This document shows, piece after piece, positions 10,095 through 20,575 of a DNA stretch of 64,000 bases (the first letter of the stretch is position 1; each line of letters starts with the position of its first letter). The stretch is from Alphaproteobacteria bacterium (GTDB lineage Bacteria; Myxococcota_A; UBA796; CAJQPC01). The position numbers and the translations under genes were made by a program. The stretch lies in assembly GCA_020632795.1 (NCBI GenBank), contig JACKEV010000010.1, forward strand, positions 31,127 through 95,126, read 5' to 3'. The notes under the pieces were generated by a model, which saw only the letters and a list, made by a program, of their open reading frames with translations, had not been told where the DNA came from and ran no database searches.

Positions 10095-11588
10095 ATGCCG
10101 CAGCCGCTCCGGCTCTACAACACCCTGACCCGCACCATCGAGCCCTTCCGCCCCATCGAGGCGGGCAAGGTGAGCCTCTATGTGTGTGGAATGACGGTGT
10201 ATGATCGCCCACATGTGGGTCACGGCCGCGCCTTCGTGGTGTTCGACGCCTTCGTCCGCTACCTGCGCCACCGGGGGTGGGACGTCCGCTTCGTCCGGAA
10301 CTTCACCGACGTGGACGACAAGATCATCGCCCGGGCCAACGAGCGTGGGGAGGACCCCCTCGCCCTGGCCCAGGGCTTCATCGACGTCTTCCACGAGGAC
10401 ATGCGCGCCCTGGGCCTCATCGACCCTGACGTCGAGCCCCGGGTCACCCTGTGCATCCCCCAGATCATCGATCTGGTGCAGTCCCTGGTGGACAAGGGCC
10501 ACGCCTACGCCTCCGAGGGCACGGTCTGGTTCGCCGTCGAGACCTGCGAGGGCTACGGCAAGCTCTCCGGCCAGGACCCCGACAAGCTGCGCAACCCCGA
10601 CGAGCTGGCCGGCAAGCGCGCCCCCGGCGACTTCGCCCTGTGGAAGGCCGCGAAGCCCGGCGAGCCGAGCTGGGAGAGCCCCTGGGGCCCCGGGCGCCCG
10701 GGCTGGCACATCGAGTGCTCCGCGATGTCGCGGACCGAGCTGGGCGAGACCTTCGACATCCACGGCGGCGGGCTCGACCTCGTCTTCCCCCACCACGAGA
10801 ACGAGATCGCGCAGTCGGAGTGCGGCAACGGCGCGCCCTACGCCAACTACTGGATGCACAACGGGCTGCTGACCGCCCCCGGCGGCCAGAAGATGGGCAA
10901 GAGCCTGGGCAACGTCATCGACCTGTCCGATGCGCTGGCCCAATACCCCGCCGAGGCCATCCGGCTGTACTACCTCCAGAACCAGTACCGCTCCCCGCTG
11001 CCGTGGAGCGGCTCGGCGCTGGACGACGCCCTGGCCATGCTGGCCCGGCTCTACGGCGCCCTGGAGGTCGCCCGCACCTTCGGCGGCGACGGCGACGCCG
11101 ACCGCGTCGCCCAGGAGATGGGCAAGCCGGCGCTGACGGTGCTCACCCTGGGCCGGGCCTTCCCCGAGGCCATGTACGCCGCCCTCGATCAGGACTTCAA
11201 CACCGCGCTGGTGCTGGGCCACGCCTTCGAGCTGGCCCGGGCGGTCAACCGCTTCTCCAACCTCAAGAAGGCGAAGAAGCGCGGCGCCCCGGTGATCGCG
11301 CCAGCCCTGGCGGCCTTCGACCTGCTGGCGAAGGCCCTGGGTGTGCTGAGCGCGAGCCCCGACGCCTTCCACGCCGAGGTCATCGACAAGCGACTGGCCG
11401 TGCTGGGGGTGGACCCCGCCGAGGTGGAGCGCCTGATCGCCGAGCGCTCAGAGGCCCGCGCGGCCCGCGACTGGGCGCGGGCGGACGGCATCCGTGACGC
11501 GCTGACCGCGATGCACATCGAGGTGATGGACCGGCCGGACGGCGTCGACTGGCGCGTCCGGCTGACCCCGGTGGAGGACGATCAGTAG
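10095..11588 (+). CDS. cysS: Cysteine--tRNA ligase
   Basis: HIGH motif 'HVGHGR', KMSKS motif 'KMGKSLGN', 'CGMTVYD' zinc-binding region. Full-length class I aaRS. Confidence 0.95.
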   Translation: MPQPLRLYNTLTRTIEPFRPIEAGKVSLYVCGMTVYDRPHVGHGRAFVVFDAFVRYLRHRGWDVRFVRNFTDVDDKIIARANERGEDPLALAQGFIDVFHEDMRALGLIDPDVEPRVTLCIPQIIDLVQSLVDKGHAYASEGTVWFAVETCEGYGKLSGQDPDKLRNPDELAGKRAPGDFALWKAAKPGEPSWESPWGPGRPGWHIECSAMSRTELGETFDIHGGGLDLVFPHHENEIAQSECGNGAPYANYWMHNGLLTAPGGQKMGKSLGNVIDLSDALAQYPAEAIRLYYLQNQYRSPLPWSGSALDDALAMLARLYGALEVARTFGGDGDADRVAQEMGKPALTVLTLGRAFPEAMYAALDQDFNTALVLGHAFELARAVNRFSNLKKAKKRGAPVIAPALAAFDLLAKALGVLSASPDAFHAEVIDKRLAVLGVDPAEVERLIAERSEARAARDWARADGIRDALTAMHIEVMDRPDGVDWRVRLTPVEDDQ

Positions 11589-11905
11589 GCGTTGACCGCG
11601 TCCTTGGCGGCCTTCAGGAACTGCTGGACGGTCGCCGGATCGGTCAGCGCCTCGACCCCGGAGGGGTGGCTGGTGATGGCCTCGTTGAAGGCGAGGGCTG
11701 CGGTCTCGCACATCAGGACCTCGCGCACCGGCTCGAAGCCGACGCCGCCCGGATCATCCCGAAGCACCTTGTTCTTCTTGCCGGGGATCCGGACCGGGAC
11801 CGCCTTGCGACGGAAGGGGTATTCCTTCCGACGGACCTGGATGATCACCTTGTGGGCGGGGCGCTTGGCGGGGACGACGACGCCTGAGGCGTAGCAGCGA
11901 TACAT
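11582..11905 (-). CDS. Hypothetical small basic protein (107 aa)
   Basis: ORF in the cysS-pyrC gap, convergent with cysS. Lys/Arg-rich N-terminal half, no family recognised by eye. Low confidence. Confidence 0.3.
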   Translation of the reverse strand: MYRCYASGVVVPAKRPAHKVIIQVRRKEYPFRRKAVPVRIPGKKNKVLRDDPGGVGFEPVREVLMCETAALAFNEAITSHPSGVEALTDPATVQQFLKAAKDAVNAY

Positions 11906-12055
11906 TCAATCTCCAGAGCTTCGACCCGGCCATCTGGCGGGCGGGTTATCGATCCGGCGCCGCGTGAGGACCCAGGCCTCCGGCGCTCGTCAGCCCCCTG
12001 TGTATCCCCCCGTCTCCGGGGCCGCTACCCGAGAGCCCCGCCACGGAGCCTATCG

Positions 12056-13411
12056 ATGTCCGAGACCTCCTCCAAGACCTTCGACCTGCTCGTGCGTGGC
12101 GGGCGCTGCGTGACCCCTGGCGGCGTCGTCGACGCCGACGTCGGCATCCGCGGCGGGAGAATCGCTGCGATCGGCGCGCTGGGCGCGGCGTCCGCCGCAG
12201 AGGAGATCGACGCCTCGGGCCTGCACGTCCTCCCCGGCCTCATCGACACCCAGGTCCACTTCCGCGAGCCCGGCCTGGAGTACAAGGAGGATCTGGGCAC
12301 CGGCACGGCGGGCGCGGCGCTGGGCGGCATCACGGCGGTCTTCGAGATGCCCAACACCAAGCCCAGCACCCTCACCCACGACGACCTGGCCGACAAGGTC
12401 GCCCGGGGCCGGGCGAAGGGCTGGACCGACTTCGCCTTCTTCATCGGGGCCAGCGCCGAGAACGTCGATCAGCTCGGCGCGATCGAGCAGGACGAGGGCT
12501 GCTGCGGGGTGAAGATCTTCATGGGCAGCTCCACCGGCTCGCTGCTGGTGGACGACCCCGAGGTGCTGGAGCAGGTCCTGCGCAAGGGCCGCCGCCGCGT
12601 GGCCGTGCACTGCGAGGACGAGGCCCGCATGACCGAGCGCTGGCCGCTCACCCAGGTCGACGGCGTGACCGCCCACGTCCACCCGGTGTGGCGTGACGAG
12701 CAGACCGCGTTGATCGCGACCACCCGCCTGCTGGAGGTCGCGCGCCAGGCGGGCCGCCGGGTCCACGTCCTGCACGTCACCACGGCCTCGGAGATGGAGC
12801 TGCTGCGCCACCACAAGGACATCGCCACCGTCGAGGTCACCCCCCAGCACCTCACCCTGCACGCGCCCGACTGCTACGACCGCCTGGGCACCTACGCCCA
12901 GATGAACCCGCCGGTCCGCGGCGCCGAGCACAAGGCCGCCCTGTGGCGGGCGCTGAACGCCGGGGTGGTCGACGTCATCGGCTCGGACCACGCCCCCCAC
13001 ACCCGCGCGGAGAAGGACCTCCCCTACCCGCGCAGCCCCTCGGGCATGCCCGGCGTGCAGACCACCGTGCCGCTGATGCTCGACCACGTCCACCACGGCC
13101 GCCTCAGCCTGCTGCGGGTGGTCGACCTGCTGGCCCACGGCCCCAACCGCATCTACAACATCGCCGGAAAGGGCCGCCTGGTCCTGGGCTACGACGGCGA
13201 CCTCACCCTGGTGGACCTGGCCGAGACCCGCGAGGTCACCGACGACTGGATCGCCTCCCGCAGCGGCTGGTCGCCGTTCACCGGCATGCGCCTGACCGGC
13301 TGGCCGGTCGCCACGATCATCCGGGGGCGGGTCGTCATGCGGGATGGCGAGCTGCTGGGCGCGCCCGGCGGCCAGCCCGTGCGCTTCCAGGACACCCTGC
13401 CCGCCGCGTGA
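12056..13411 (+). CDS. pyrC: Dihydroorotase (class I, multifunctional-type cyclic amidohydrolase)
   Basis: 'DTQVHFREPGLEYKEDLGTGTAGAALGGITAVFEMPNTKP' closely parallels Bacillus PyrC 'DVHVHLREPG…KE…TGT…A..GG.T….MPNT.P'. Metal-ligand His/Asp pattern present. Confidence 0.85.
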   Translation: MSETSSKTFDLLVRGGRCVTPGGVVDADVGIRGGRIAAIGALGAASAAEEIDASGLHVLPGLIDTQVHFREPGLEYKEDLGTGTAGAALGGITAVFEMPNTKPSTLTHDDLADKVARGRAKGWTDFAFFIGASAENVDQLGAIEQDEGCCGVKIFMGSSTGSLLVDDPEVLEQVLRKGRRRVAVHCEDEARMTERWPLTQVDGVTAHVHPVWRDEQTALIATTRLLEVARQAGRRVHVLHVTTASEMELLRHHKDIATVEVTPQHLTLHAPDCYDRLGTYAQMNPPVRGAEHKAALWRALNAGVVDVIGSDHAPHTRAEKDLPYPRSPSGMPGVQTTVPLMLDHVHHGRLSLLRVVDLLAHGPNRIYNIAGKGRLVLGYDGDLTLVDLAETREVTDDWIASRSGWSPFTGMRLTGWPVATIIRGRVVMRDGELLGAPGGQPVRFQDTLPAA

Positions 13412-13974
13412 GGCTCCTCGATCCCTGGCTGGCGCGCTTCGAGGCGCGGCGGGCGCAGCTCGCCGAACAGCCCGGCCCCGACGACGGCTTCGCGCCCTGG
13501 CGCGCAGGGGTGCTGCGCGCGCTGGCCGAGACACCGGTGGCCTTCCTCCGCGCCGACTTCGTCGCTGAGACCGATGACATCGAGATCACGGAGGCGTTCA
13601 CCGGGCTCCGGCCCCGCAGCCTGGACCCGGACCTCTGCTGCGTGGACCAGGGGGTCGAGGCCCTCGTCGGGGGTCTCCCACCGGGCGTCCCACTGGGGGA
13701 GAAGCGGGCCTGGGAGCTGCCCTGGCTCCTGGAGGGCCTCTTGGGCGCGCGCCGGCTGACCGACGCGCTCACCCCGGTGGAGGCTCTGCCGCTGGGGCCC
13801 GAGCCCCGCGCCCTCGGCGTCTTCTACCCCCCCGGCGAGGCCCACCCCGGGGGCGCGGCCCACCTCATGCTCTGCTGGCGGCGGCCCGACGGCGCGATCG
13901 GCCTCGACGACGCGCAGGGGCTCGCCGCGATCTGGGATGTGCGGGGCAACCTGGCGCTGGCCTGGGCCCTCTAA
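13408..13974 (+). CDS. Hypothetical protein, translationally coupled to pyrC
   Basis: GTG start in a GTGA overlap with the pyrC stop. 188 aa with non-biased composition. No family recognised. Confidence 0.45.
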   Translation: MRLLDPWLARFEARRAQLAEQPGPDDGFAPWRAGVLRALAETPVAFLRADFVAETDDIEITEAFTGLRPRSLDPDLCCVDQGVEALVGGLPPGVPLGEKRAWELPWLLEGLLGARRLTDALTPVEALPLGPEPRALGVFYPPGEAHPGGAAHLMLCWRRPDGAIGLDDAQGLAAIWDVRGNLALAWAL

Positions 13975-14909
13975 GGCGCCGGCACGAGCCGCAGCTCGGC
14001 GATCTCCGGCGGACAGAACAGCCGCACCGGCGCGACGGACCAGCCGATGCCCCGACTGACGAAGAGGTGGACGCCGCCCTCGGTGAACCAGCCGCCCACG
14101 TAGGGCCCGGTGCCCAGGGGCAGGAAGGGCGCACCCAGGCCAGGGATGCGGAGCTGCCCGGCGTGGGAGTGGCCGCTGAGCACCAGCCGCACCGGGCCGC
14201 GCTGCAGAGCGGGGAAGATGGCGGGGCTGTGGCTGAGCACCAGCGCGGGCTGCTCTTCCGAGATGCCGATGAGCGCGGCGTCGACGTCGGGCTCCCCCGC
14301 CAGCAGGTCGTCCACCCCCGCCAGGGTCAGGCCCCCCAGGTCGACGCTGCGGTTCTGAAGCAGGGTGACCCCGTGCTCGGCGAGGAAGGCCTCCCAGATG
14401 TCCTGGGGCGCGTCCCCCCAGTACTCCCAGTTGCCCAGCACCGCAAAGCGCCCCAGCGGGGCCTCCGGCAGGCTCTCCAGGAAGCGCCCGGCGGCCTCCC
14501 GCTGCCACCCCCGGGTGACCACGTCCCCGGTCAGGACCACCAGATCGGGGCGATGCGCCGGCAGCGTCGCGCAGAGCTGCTCCAGCCAGGGGTCCGACCG
14601 GCGGATGTGGACGTCAGTGAGGTGCAGGACCCGCAGCGGGCGGTCCAGGCCCGCGATGGGCACGACGTGGACGCTGTGCTCGAACCAGCCGCGCTCCGCC
14701 ACGAGCCGGCGCAGGGCGCTGCCCTGCCGCGGTGTCTCCCGCGTCCCGCCTGGCGCCCCACGCATCGGCGCCCGGCTGGCGGCGGTGAAGCTGTGGCCGC
14801 GCGCCATCGCCCGACGGATCCCCCGGGCGAAGCGCAGCGCGTCGTGGAGCCGGCCGAGGGGGGGCATGGCGATGGAATCCAGGGCAGGGGTCTCGGGTAG
14901 ACTACACAC
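13971..14909 (-). CDS. Metallophosphoesterase (calcineurin-like)
   Basis: 'VLHLTDVHI', 'LVVLTGDVV', 'GNWEY', 'LSGHSHAGQ' match the MPP signature motifs (DxH…GDxxD…GNHE…GHxH). An internal ATG at 14867 is an alternative start. Confidence 0.8.
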   Translation of the reverse strand: MCSLPETPALDSIAMPPLGRLHDALRFARGIRRAMARGHSFTAASRAPMRGAPGGTRETPRQGSALRRLVAERGWFEHSVHVVPIAGLDRPLRVLHLTDVHIRRSDPWLEQLCATLPAHRPDLVVLTGDVVTRGWQREAAGRFLESLPEAPLGRFAVLGNWEYWGDAPQDIWEAFLAEHGVTLLQNRSVDLGGLTLAGVDDLLAGEPDVDAALIGISEEQPALVLSHSPAIFPALQRGPVRLVLSGHSHAGQLRIPGLGAPFLPLGTGPYVGGWFTEGGVHLFVSRGIGWSVAPVRLFCPPEIAELRLVPAP

Positions 14910-14920
14910 AGGAGCGCCTG

Positions 14921-16372
14921 ATGATCCCTCTGTCCGCCTGGGTGGCCCTCTGCCCGGCCGCCGTCGCCGGCCTCGAAGACGTGGTGCTGGAGCTGCGGGT
15001 CACCGAGCCCCTGGGCACGCCGCTGATCGATCAGCAGGTCGAGCTGCCCTTCCGGGGCGAGTACGAGCAGACCCTGGGCCAGGACACCTTCACCGTCGTG
15101 GTCGAGGCCGCGATGGACGACGCCACCGCCATCGCTGACGCCGAGGTCGAGGTCATCGTGACCGTCTACCGGCTGGACGGGCCCCAGCGGGTGCCCGTGC
15201 GGGTGGCCGGGCCCAAGGTGGTGCTCTCCAAGGACGCCCGCATGAAGGCCCGCTCGGTGGTGGAGGCCAGCGAGCCCGTGATCGCCCCCGACGGCACCGA
15301 CCTCACCTCCCTCACCTGGGAGCTGGAGGCGGCGTGGTCCGAGCGCCGCGCCCCGGACTGGCTCTCGGAGGTGCGCGCCCAGTCCGTCGCGCCGCCCAAG
15401 GACCGGGAGTCCTACGTCGTGGCCTGGGCCGACGCCGGGCTCTACAGCGCCCCCCACCCCGACGCCTGGGTGGGCCGGATGGAGCCCCCGGCCGCCAGCC
15501 GCAGCCTGTCGGTGGGCGGGGTGATGACCTGGGAGGTGATCTCCGACCGGGGCCAGTTCATCGAGGTGCGCAACCTCCAGCCTCGCAAGTCCCGCAAGCA
15601 CTGCATCCCCGCCAGCTCGGCGTTCAACGAGATGGACGTGAAGCTGTTCCTGCGGCGGGAGGACCTGCTGGTGGTCAGCAAGACCAGCGCGGTGATGGAC
15701 TACTCCGACGGCACCGGCTCCAGCGTGGCCTCGGGGGTGCCGCTGGTGCCGCTGCCCGGGACCACGCTCTACGGCTACCCCGCCTTCGAGGGCCTCGCCC
15801 ACGGCCTGACCTTCGTGATCCCGCTGCCCCCCAAGCCGCTGGCCCTCTCCTACGAGCCCCTGGTGGGCGGCTCCCTGAACCGGCCCCAGAGCCTCATCCT
15901 CACCCCCGACGAGCGCCATCAGCTCGGCCGAACCGGCGCGGGTCCGGTCACCGTCGTGAGCGGGACCAAGGAGCTGTACGTCTCGCCCTACACCGACCCC
16001 ATGGGCGGCACCCAGGGCGTCGTGGCCGGAGGACCCTGCGCCGAGCACCGGCTCCAGGCGCCCACGAAGCGGCTGACCGAGCCCCCCGAGGACATGGGCC
16101 AGGACCTGGTGCTCGGCGGCGGGGGCGGCTTCGTCGGCGGCATCCCCCCCACGCCGTCGCTGGAGCTGCCCTTCGGCGTGCCGCTGTACTGGCCGGACGG
16201 CACCGAGGCCGGCATCGTCACCCGACCGCGCTCGATCCTGGTCGAGCCCCAGGCCAAGGGCGAGCTGCTGTGCGTGGATCTGGCCGCCGAGGCCGCCCGG
16301 CAGCGCGGGCGTTGGGCCCCGGAGGGCGCGACCCTGCCGGTGTGCGTGAAGGCGGCGGACGTGGGGCGGTAG
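14921..16372 (+). CDS. Hypothetical secreted protein
   Basis: N-terminal hydrophobic signal (MIPLSAWVALCPAAVAG). 483 aa with balanced composition. No recognised domain. Confidence 0.55.
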   Translation: MIPLSAWVALCPAAVAGLEDVVLELRVTEPLGTPLIDQQVELPFRGEYEQTLGQDTFTVVVEAAMDDATAIADAEVEVIVTVYRLDGPQRVPVRVAGPKVVLSKDARMKARSVVEASEPVIAPDGTDLTSLTWELEAAWSERRAPDWLSEVRAQSVAPPKDRESYVVAWADAGLYSAPHPDAWVGRMEPPAASRSLSVGGVMTWEVISDRGQFIEVRNLQPRKSRKHCIPASSAFNEMDVKLFLRREDLLVVSKTSAVMDYSDGTGSSVASGVPLVPLPGTTLYGYPAFEGLAHGLTFVIPLPPKPLALSYEPLVGGSLNRPQSLILTPDERHQLGRTGAGPVTVVSGTKELYVSPYTDPMGGTQGVVAGGPCAEHRLQAPTKRLTEPPEDMGQDLVLGGGGGFVGGIPPTPSLELPFGVPLYWPDGTEAGIVTRPRSILVEPQAKGELLCVDLAAEAARQRGRWAPEGATLPVCVKAADVGR

Positions 16373-16375
16373 CGC

Positions 16376-18073
16376 TCAAAGGTTCCGCGCCCACAGCCCC
16401 TTCGCTGCCCGCCGGATCGGCCACACCGTGGCCACCGCGCACACCGCCGCCACCGCCGCGAAGAGGGCCCCCGCGAGGGCGGCCTCGCCGTCACCGAGGC
16501 TGCCGTGCTCGAAGTCCGCGCGCAGCAGGAACCACACCGGCACGATCTCCAGGCTGACCACGATCGCGACGAGCACCAGCGCCACCACCATGAACAGCAT
16601 GCCGGCCGGCCCCGCCGCCGCGCGGGCGACGTTGTCCACCTTGAAGTCCGGGTACATCGCGCCCATCCCCATCGCGATGCCCGAGATCCCGAACGCCAGG
16701 CCCAGCGCGGTGAACGCCCCCACCGCCGTCAGCGTGGCCGGAGAGTCCAGCAGCACGTTGCTGGCCACGATCAGCGTCTCGCCCACCACCAGCATCGGCA
16801 CCATGCCCGGCAGGGCCTTGGCCCACAGGTAGCGCTCGGCGTCCAGCGGGGCGGAGCGCACCATCCAGAAGGCCCGCCCCTCCCCCGAGACCACCGCGAA
16901 CTGGAAGCGCGCCGCGATGCTGGCCATCACGAAGCCCGCCGCCCCCAGGTTCAGGAAGGCCAGGGCGTTCTTGAAGCTCTGCATGTAGGGCCCCCGCACC
17001 ACGTCGGTGGGCAGGGCGTTGACCGAGAACAGGTAGATGATGATGAGGCTCAGCAGCAGGAAGAGCTGGCTCCACTGGGCCGGGTCCCGCACGAAGATCT
17101 TCACGTCCCGGGTGACGATGGCAGCCAGGGGCCGGGGCAGCGGCCGGGTGGCGAAGCGCAGCACCGCGTCCAGCACGTCCGAGCGGGCGAACCGGGCCGC
17201 GCGGGCCTCCTGGCTGCGGGTCCAGCCGTCCGCGAACAGCCGCGCGGTCAGCCACCGGGAGCAGCCCATCGACGCGACCCCGCCGCTGAGCAGCAGGCCC
17301 AGCTGCTGCCAGGGCATCGCCCGCTGGCGCACCAGAGCGTCGAGCACCTCGGAGGCCCAGCGGGGCGGCGCCAGGAGCGGGATCGGCGCCTGGAGCCGGG
17401 CGACCGCCGCGGCCACCGACTCGAAGTTCTGGGCGTTCACGAGCTGCTCCGGCTCCAGCAGCCGCAGCAGGATGAACAGCGCCACCAGGAACAGGATGCC
17501 CAGCACCGCCAGCAGCTCGCGCACCCGCCGCGCCGGGAAGGCCGTCACCAGGATGGACGCGATCGCCGCCCCGGCCGCCGCCGGGATGGCCAGATACGCC
17601 GGGATCACGACGGTCAGGGCGACGTAGTAGGCCCACCCCGCGTCGTTGACGATGCCGTAGGCCAGGAACACCGGCACCCCGAACATGAGCATCGCCCAGC
17701 TCGACTGGGCCAGGGTCTCGATGAGCCGGGTGTAGAAGAAGACCGGCGGCGAGATCGGCAGGGAGAGGATCAGCTCCAGATCCTCGGACAGGTAGAAGCT
17801 GGAGAGCCCGGTGACCACGTTGGAGAAGATGAGCATCGCGAACAGCGAGAGCAGCAGCAGCTCCATGAGCTTGCGCGTGATCAGCGGCCCGAAGACCTCC
17901 ACCTGGTGGAAGGTGCCCAGGCCGTAGACCATGCCCGCGAACAGCCCGATCCAGAACAGCGCGCCGAGGGCCAGGAAGAAGGCGTAGACCGCCCGCTCGC
18001 CGGGCTCGGCCATCGTCCATCGGTTGCGCAGCCCCAGCGCGCGCGGTCGCAGCAGGTACGCAGGTCCGATCAC
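16376..18073 (-). CDS. Polytopic membrane protein, 'putative ABC exporter' family-like permease
   Basis: 565 aa with at least 10 hydrophobic helices. Immediately downstream of the MlaD/MCE gene on the same strand. The family assignment is an inference from size and topology. Confidence 0.55.
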   Translation of the reverse strand: MIGPAYLLRPRALGLRNRWTMAEPGERAVYAFFLALGALFWIGLFAGMVYGLGTFHQVEVFGPLITRKLMELLLLSLFAMLIFSNVVTGLSSFYLSEDLELILSLPISPPVFFYTRLIETLAQSSWAMLMFGVPVFLAYGIVNDAGWAYYVALTVVIPAYLAIPAAAGAAIASILVTAFPARRVRELLAVLGILFLVALFILLRLLEPEQLVNAQNFESVAAAVARLQAPIPLLAPPRWASEVLDALVRQRAMPWQQLGLLLSGGVASMGCSRWLTARLFADGWTRSQEARAARFARSDVLDAVLRFATRPLPRPLAAIVTRDVKIFVRDPAQWSQLFLLLSLIIIYLFSVNALPTDVVRGPYMQSFKNALAFLNLGAAGFVMASIAARFQFAVVSGEGRAFWMVRSAPLDAERYLWAKALPGMVPMLVVGETLIVASNVLLDSPATLTAVGAFTALGLAFGISGIAMGMGAMYPDFKVDNVARAAAGPAGMLFMVVALVLVAIVVSLEIVPVWFLLRADFEHGSLGDGEAALAGALFAAVAAVCAVATVWPIRRAAKGLWARNL

Positions 18074-18097
18074 GACCCCTCCTTGGGTTCGGTGCGG

Positions 18098-19300
18098 CTA
18101 TTCGTCGGGCGGGGTCCAGGGCTCGGCGCGGGTCGACTCGCCCTCACGCACCGTCTTGCGGATGTAGGCCCGCAGGAGCTTGTTGCGCTGGGCGCCGTTG
18201 ACCAGGGCGCGCAGGTCCTCGTAGAGGGTGGGGTCGGTGGCCAGCAGGCCCGCCGTGCCCTCGCCGTTCTCGATGGACTCGGCGATGGTCCGCAGGGAGG
18301 TGGCCGTGGCGTGCAGGTCCTCCACCATCGCGGCGCGCTCGGGATCGTAGACCAGGGCGTGGACCAGGCTGTCCTCGCTCTCGATGTCCTTGACGAGCTT
18401 CTCCATGGCCTGGGCCACGTCCCCGAGCTGCCGGGCCAGCTCGTCGCCCTGCTCCCCGTAGATGAGGGTGTTGGCCAGGCCCTCGCCGGTGCGGACCTCG
18501 GTGACGATGTTGGACAGCTCGGCGCTGGCGGACTCCAGGTTGCCGACGGTGCGCTTGAGCTGGCGGGCCAGGGCCTCGTCGTAGACCAGGGCGTGGATGA
18601 GGCCGTCGCCCTCCTTGGCCTCGACCAGCAGGGCGTCGATGGAGCTGACCACGTTGGCCAGCGAGGCCTTCGTGGCGTCCTGGTCGCTGCCCATCGCCAG
18701 GTTGACCTTCTTGGAGATGTCCTGGATGTTGGCCAGGACCTCGTTGGCCTGCTTCTGGTACTCGACGAGCTGCACCGACTCCTGGACCTGGAGCCAGGAC
18801 TTGTCGGCCAGGGGCTGGTTGAGGATCTCCTGGGTCTCGCCGGACTCGGGCTCACGCATGACCGACACCGGCAGGCCCATGGAGAGGCTGACGTACTTGT
18901 CGCCCAGCATGCCCTCGGTCTCGATGCGGGCGATGGTGTTCTCGCGGATGCGGGAGGAGAACTTGGTCATCACCGAGAGGGTGACGTGGATGGCCTTGTT
19001 GGGCAGCTCCTCCTGGCCCAGCCGGGGGGTGCCGTCGACGATGGGGGCCTCGTCGAACCGCAGGCGCGGGTCGACGTCGTGGAAGACGATCTTGGTGACC
19101 TCGCCCACGTCCACGCCCGCGACGCGCACCACCGCGCCCTCGCGCATGCCGCCGACGTCGTCGAAGCCGGCGAAGAGGGTGTAGCGCTCCTCGAACATGT
19201 CCGAGGACCCGCCGAGCATGAACACTGCGAGGGCCCCGAGCACCAGCGTCATGAAGACGAAGATCCCGACCTTCACGTCGCGGGCGAAGTCGCGTTCCAC
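18098..19300 (-). CDS. MlaD/MCE-domain protein
   Basis: N-terminal TM (VGIFVFMTLVLGALAVFMLG) followed by an Mce/MlaD domain ('FDDVGGMREGAVVRVAGVDVGEVTKI'). Long helical C-terminal region as in MCE proteins. Confidence 0.8.
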   Translation of the reverse strand: MERDFARDVKVGIFVFMTLVLGALAVFMLGGSSDMFEERYTLFAGFDDVGGMREGAVVRVAGVDVGEVTKIVFHDVDPRLRFDEAPIVDGTPRLGQEELPNKAIHVTLSVMTKFSSRIRENTIARIETEGMLGDKYVSLSMGLPVSVMREPESGETQEILNQPLADKSWLQVQESVQLVEYQKQANEVLANIQDISKKVNLAMGSDQDATKASLANVVSSIDALLVEAKEGDGLIHALVYDEALARQLKRTVGNLESASAELSNIVTEVRTGEGLANTLIYGEQGDELARQLGDVAQAMEKLVKDIESEDSLVHALVYDPERAAMVEDLHATATSLRTIAESIENGEGTAGLLATDPTLYEDLRALVNGAQRNKLLRAYIRKTVREGESTRAEPWTPPDE

Positions 19301-19327
19301 AAGCGCTCCGAAAGTGACCCCCCGATC

Positions 19328-20545
19328 CTAACCGATGGGCGGCGGGAACACCCGCAGCAGGCTCTCCTCGGCGGGCACCCCCAGGCGGATGGGGTAGCCG
19401 TAGTGGCCCGTGCCCCGGTGGACGTACATGCGGTCGGGGCCCCGCGCCCAGAGGCCGTGGTCGGGCATGCCCATCAGGCCGGAGACCACCGTCCAGTCCA
19501 GCCCCAGGGACACCAGACCCACCTGGCCGCCGTGGGTGTGCCCGGAGAGCACCAGGTCGCCCTCGCCCACCGGGAGGTCGGGGAAGGCGGTGGGGTCGTG
19601 CAGCAGCACCAGGCGCAGCGCCCCGGCCACGCGGGGGTGGCGCGCGCAGAGGGCCGCGAGGTGCGCGCGGCGGTCCCGCCAGCGGAAGTCCGCGCCCAGG
19701 ATCTGCACGGGCCCGGCCCCGGTCTGCACCACCACGGCCTCGTCGACCAGGAGGCGCGCCCCGACCGCGGCCAGCCCGCGGCGGACCTCGTCGAGGGCCT
19801 CGTGGTCGTGGTTGCCCAGGCAGGCGAACACCTTGCCCTCGGCCTCGGCCAGCGGGGCCAGCGCGCGGGCCAGCGCCCCCCTCGACCCGTTGGACTCCAT
19901 GGTGAGGAAGTCGCCGGTGAGCACGATGAGGTCGGGGTTCTGAGCGACCGCGCGGCTGCATATCCGGGAGAGCTGGGCCTCGGACATGAAGGGCCCGAGG
20001 TGGGGGTCGGTGATCTGCACGATGCGCAGCGGTCGGTCGCCCTCGGGGGCCCGGCCCCGGGGCCAGCGCTGGAGGTCGTCCGCGTAGCCGCGGTCGAGGG
20101 CCAGGTCCACGGTCTCGACGCGGGGCACCAGGGAGCGGTAGAGCCCGGTCAGCGCGACCGCCCAGGGCAGCCAGGCCGCCGGGGGGTCGAAGCCCAGCGC
20201 CGCCAGCGTCGCCCAGGGCAGGGCCAGCAGGCTGCCCGCCCAGAACCAGGACCCCGGCACGCTGACCAGGGCCCGGTAGGCCACCCCCCGCAGCCGGGGG
20301 TCGGCGAGCAGCACGAAGTGCAGCAGAGTCGCAGCTTGTAGATAGATCGCGACGATCTGCAGCGCGCCGGGCAGCAGCGGGTAGACCAGCGCCGCGCTGG
20401 CGGTGTGCAGGCCGAGCATGACGGCGGCGAACACAGCGTACAGGCGGCCACGGCGCAGGAACGCCCGCGCCACGACCGCGAGGACACCGACAAAGGAGAG
20501 GAGCGCGAAGGCGGTGGAGGAGAGCATGCTGCTCCCTGTAGTCAC
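19328..20545 (-). CDS. Membrane-anchored metallophosphoesterase
   Basis: About 5 N-terminal TM helices, then an MPP domain: 'IVQITDPHLG', 'LIVLTGDFL', 'GNHDHE', 'LSGHTHGGQ'. Confidence 0.8.
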   Translation of the reverse strand: MTTGSSMLSSTAFALLSFVGVLAVVARAFLRRGRLYAVFAAVMLGLHTASAALVYPLLPGALQIVAIYLQAATLLHFVLLADPRLRGVAYRALVSVPGSWFWAGSLLALPWATLAALGFDPPAAWLPWAVALTGLYRSLVPRVETVDLALDRGYADDLQRWPRGRAPEGDRPLRIVQITDPHLGPFMSEAQLSRICSRAVAQNPDLIVLTGDFLTMESNGSRGALARALAPLAEAEGKVFACLGNHDHEALDEVRRGLAAVGARLLVDEAVVVQTGAGPVQILGADFRWRDRRAHLAALCARHPRVAGALRLVLLHDPTAFPDLPVGEGDLVLSGHTHGGQVGLVSLGLDWTVVSGLMGMPDHGLWARGPDRMYVHRGTGHYGYPIRLGVPAEESLLRVFPPPIG

Positions 20546-20575
20546 CGAATCCCCAGCGTCACCTCCTTGGGCGGA

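Noticed and set aside
11582-11905. Assigning the 107-aa basic ORF to a ribosomal protein family (L28/L31/S21 considered)
   Set aside because: No convincing motif match by eye. Left as a low-confidence hypothetical.
16505-20341. 1278-aa plus-strand ORF spanning three minus-strand genes
   Set aside because: No start context, extreme Gly/Arg/Pro/His bias, and it is antisense to the MlaD, ABC-exporter and phosphoesterase genes.
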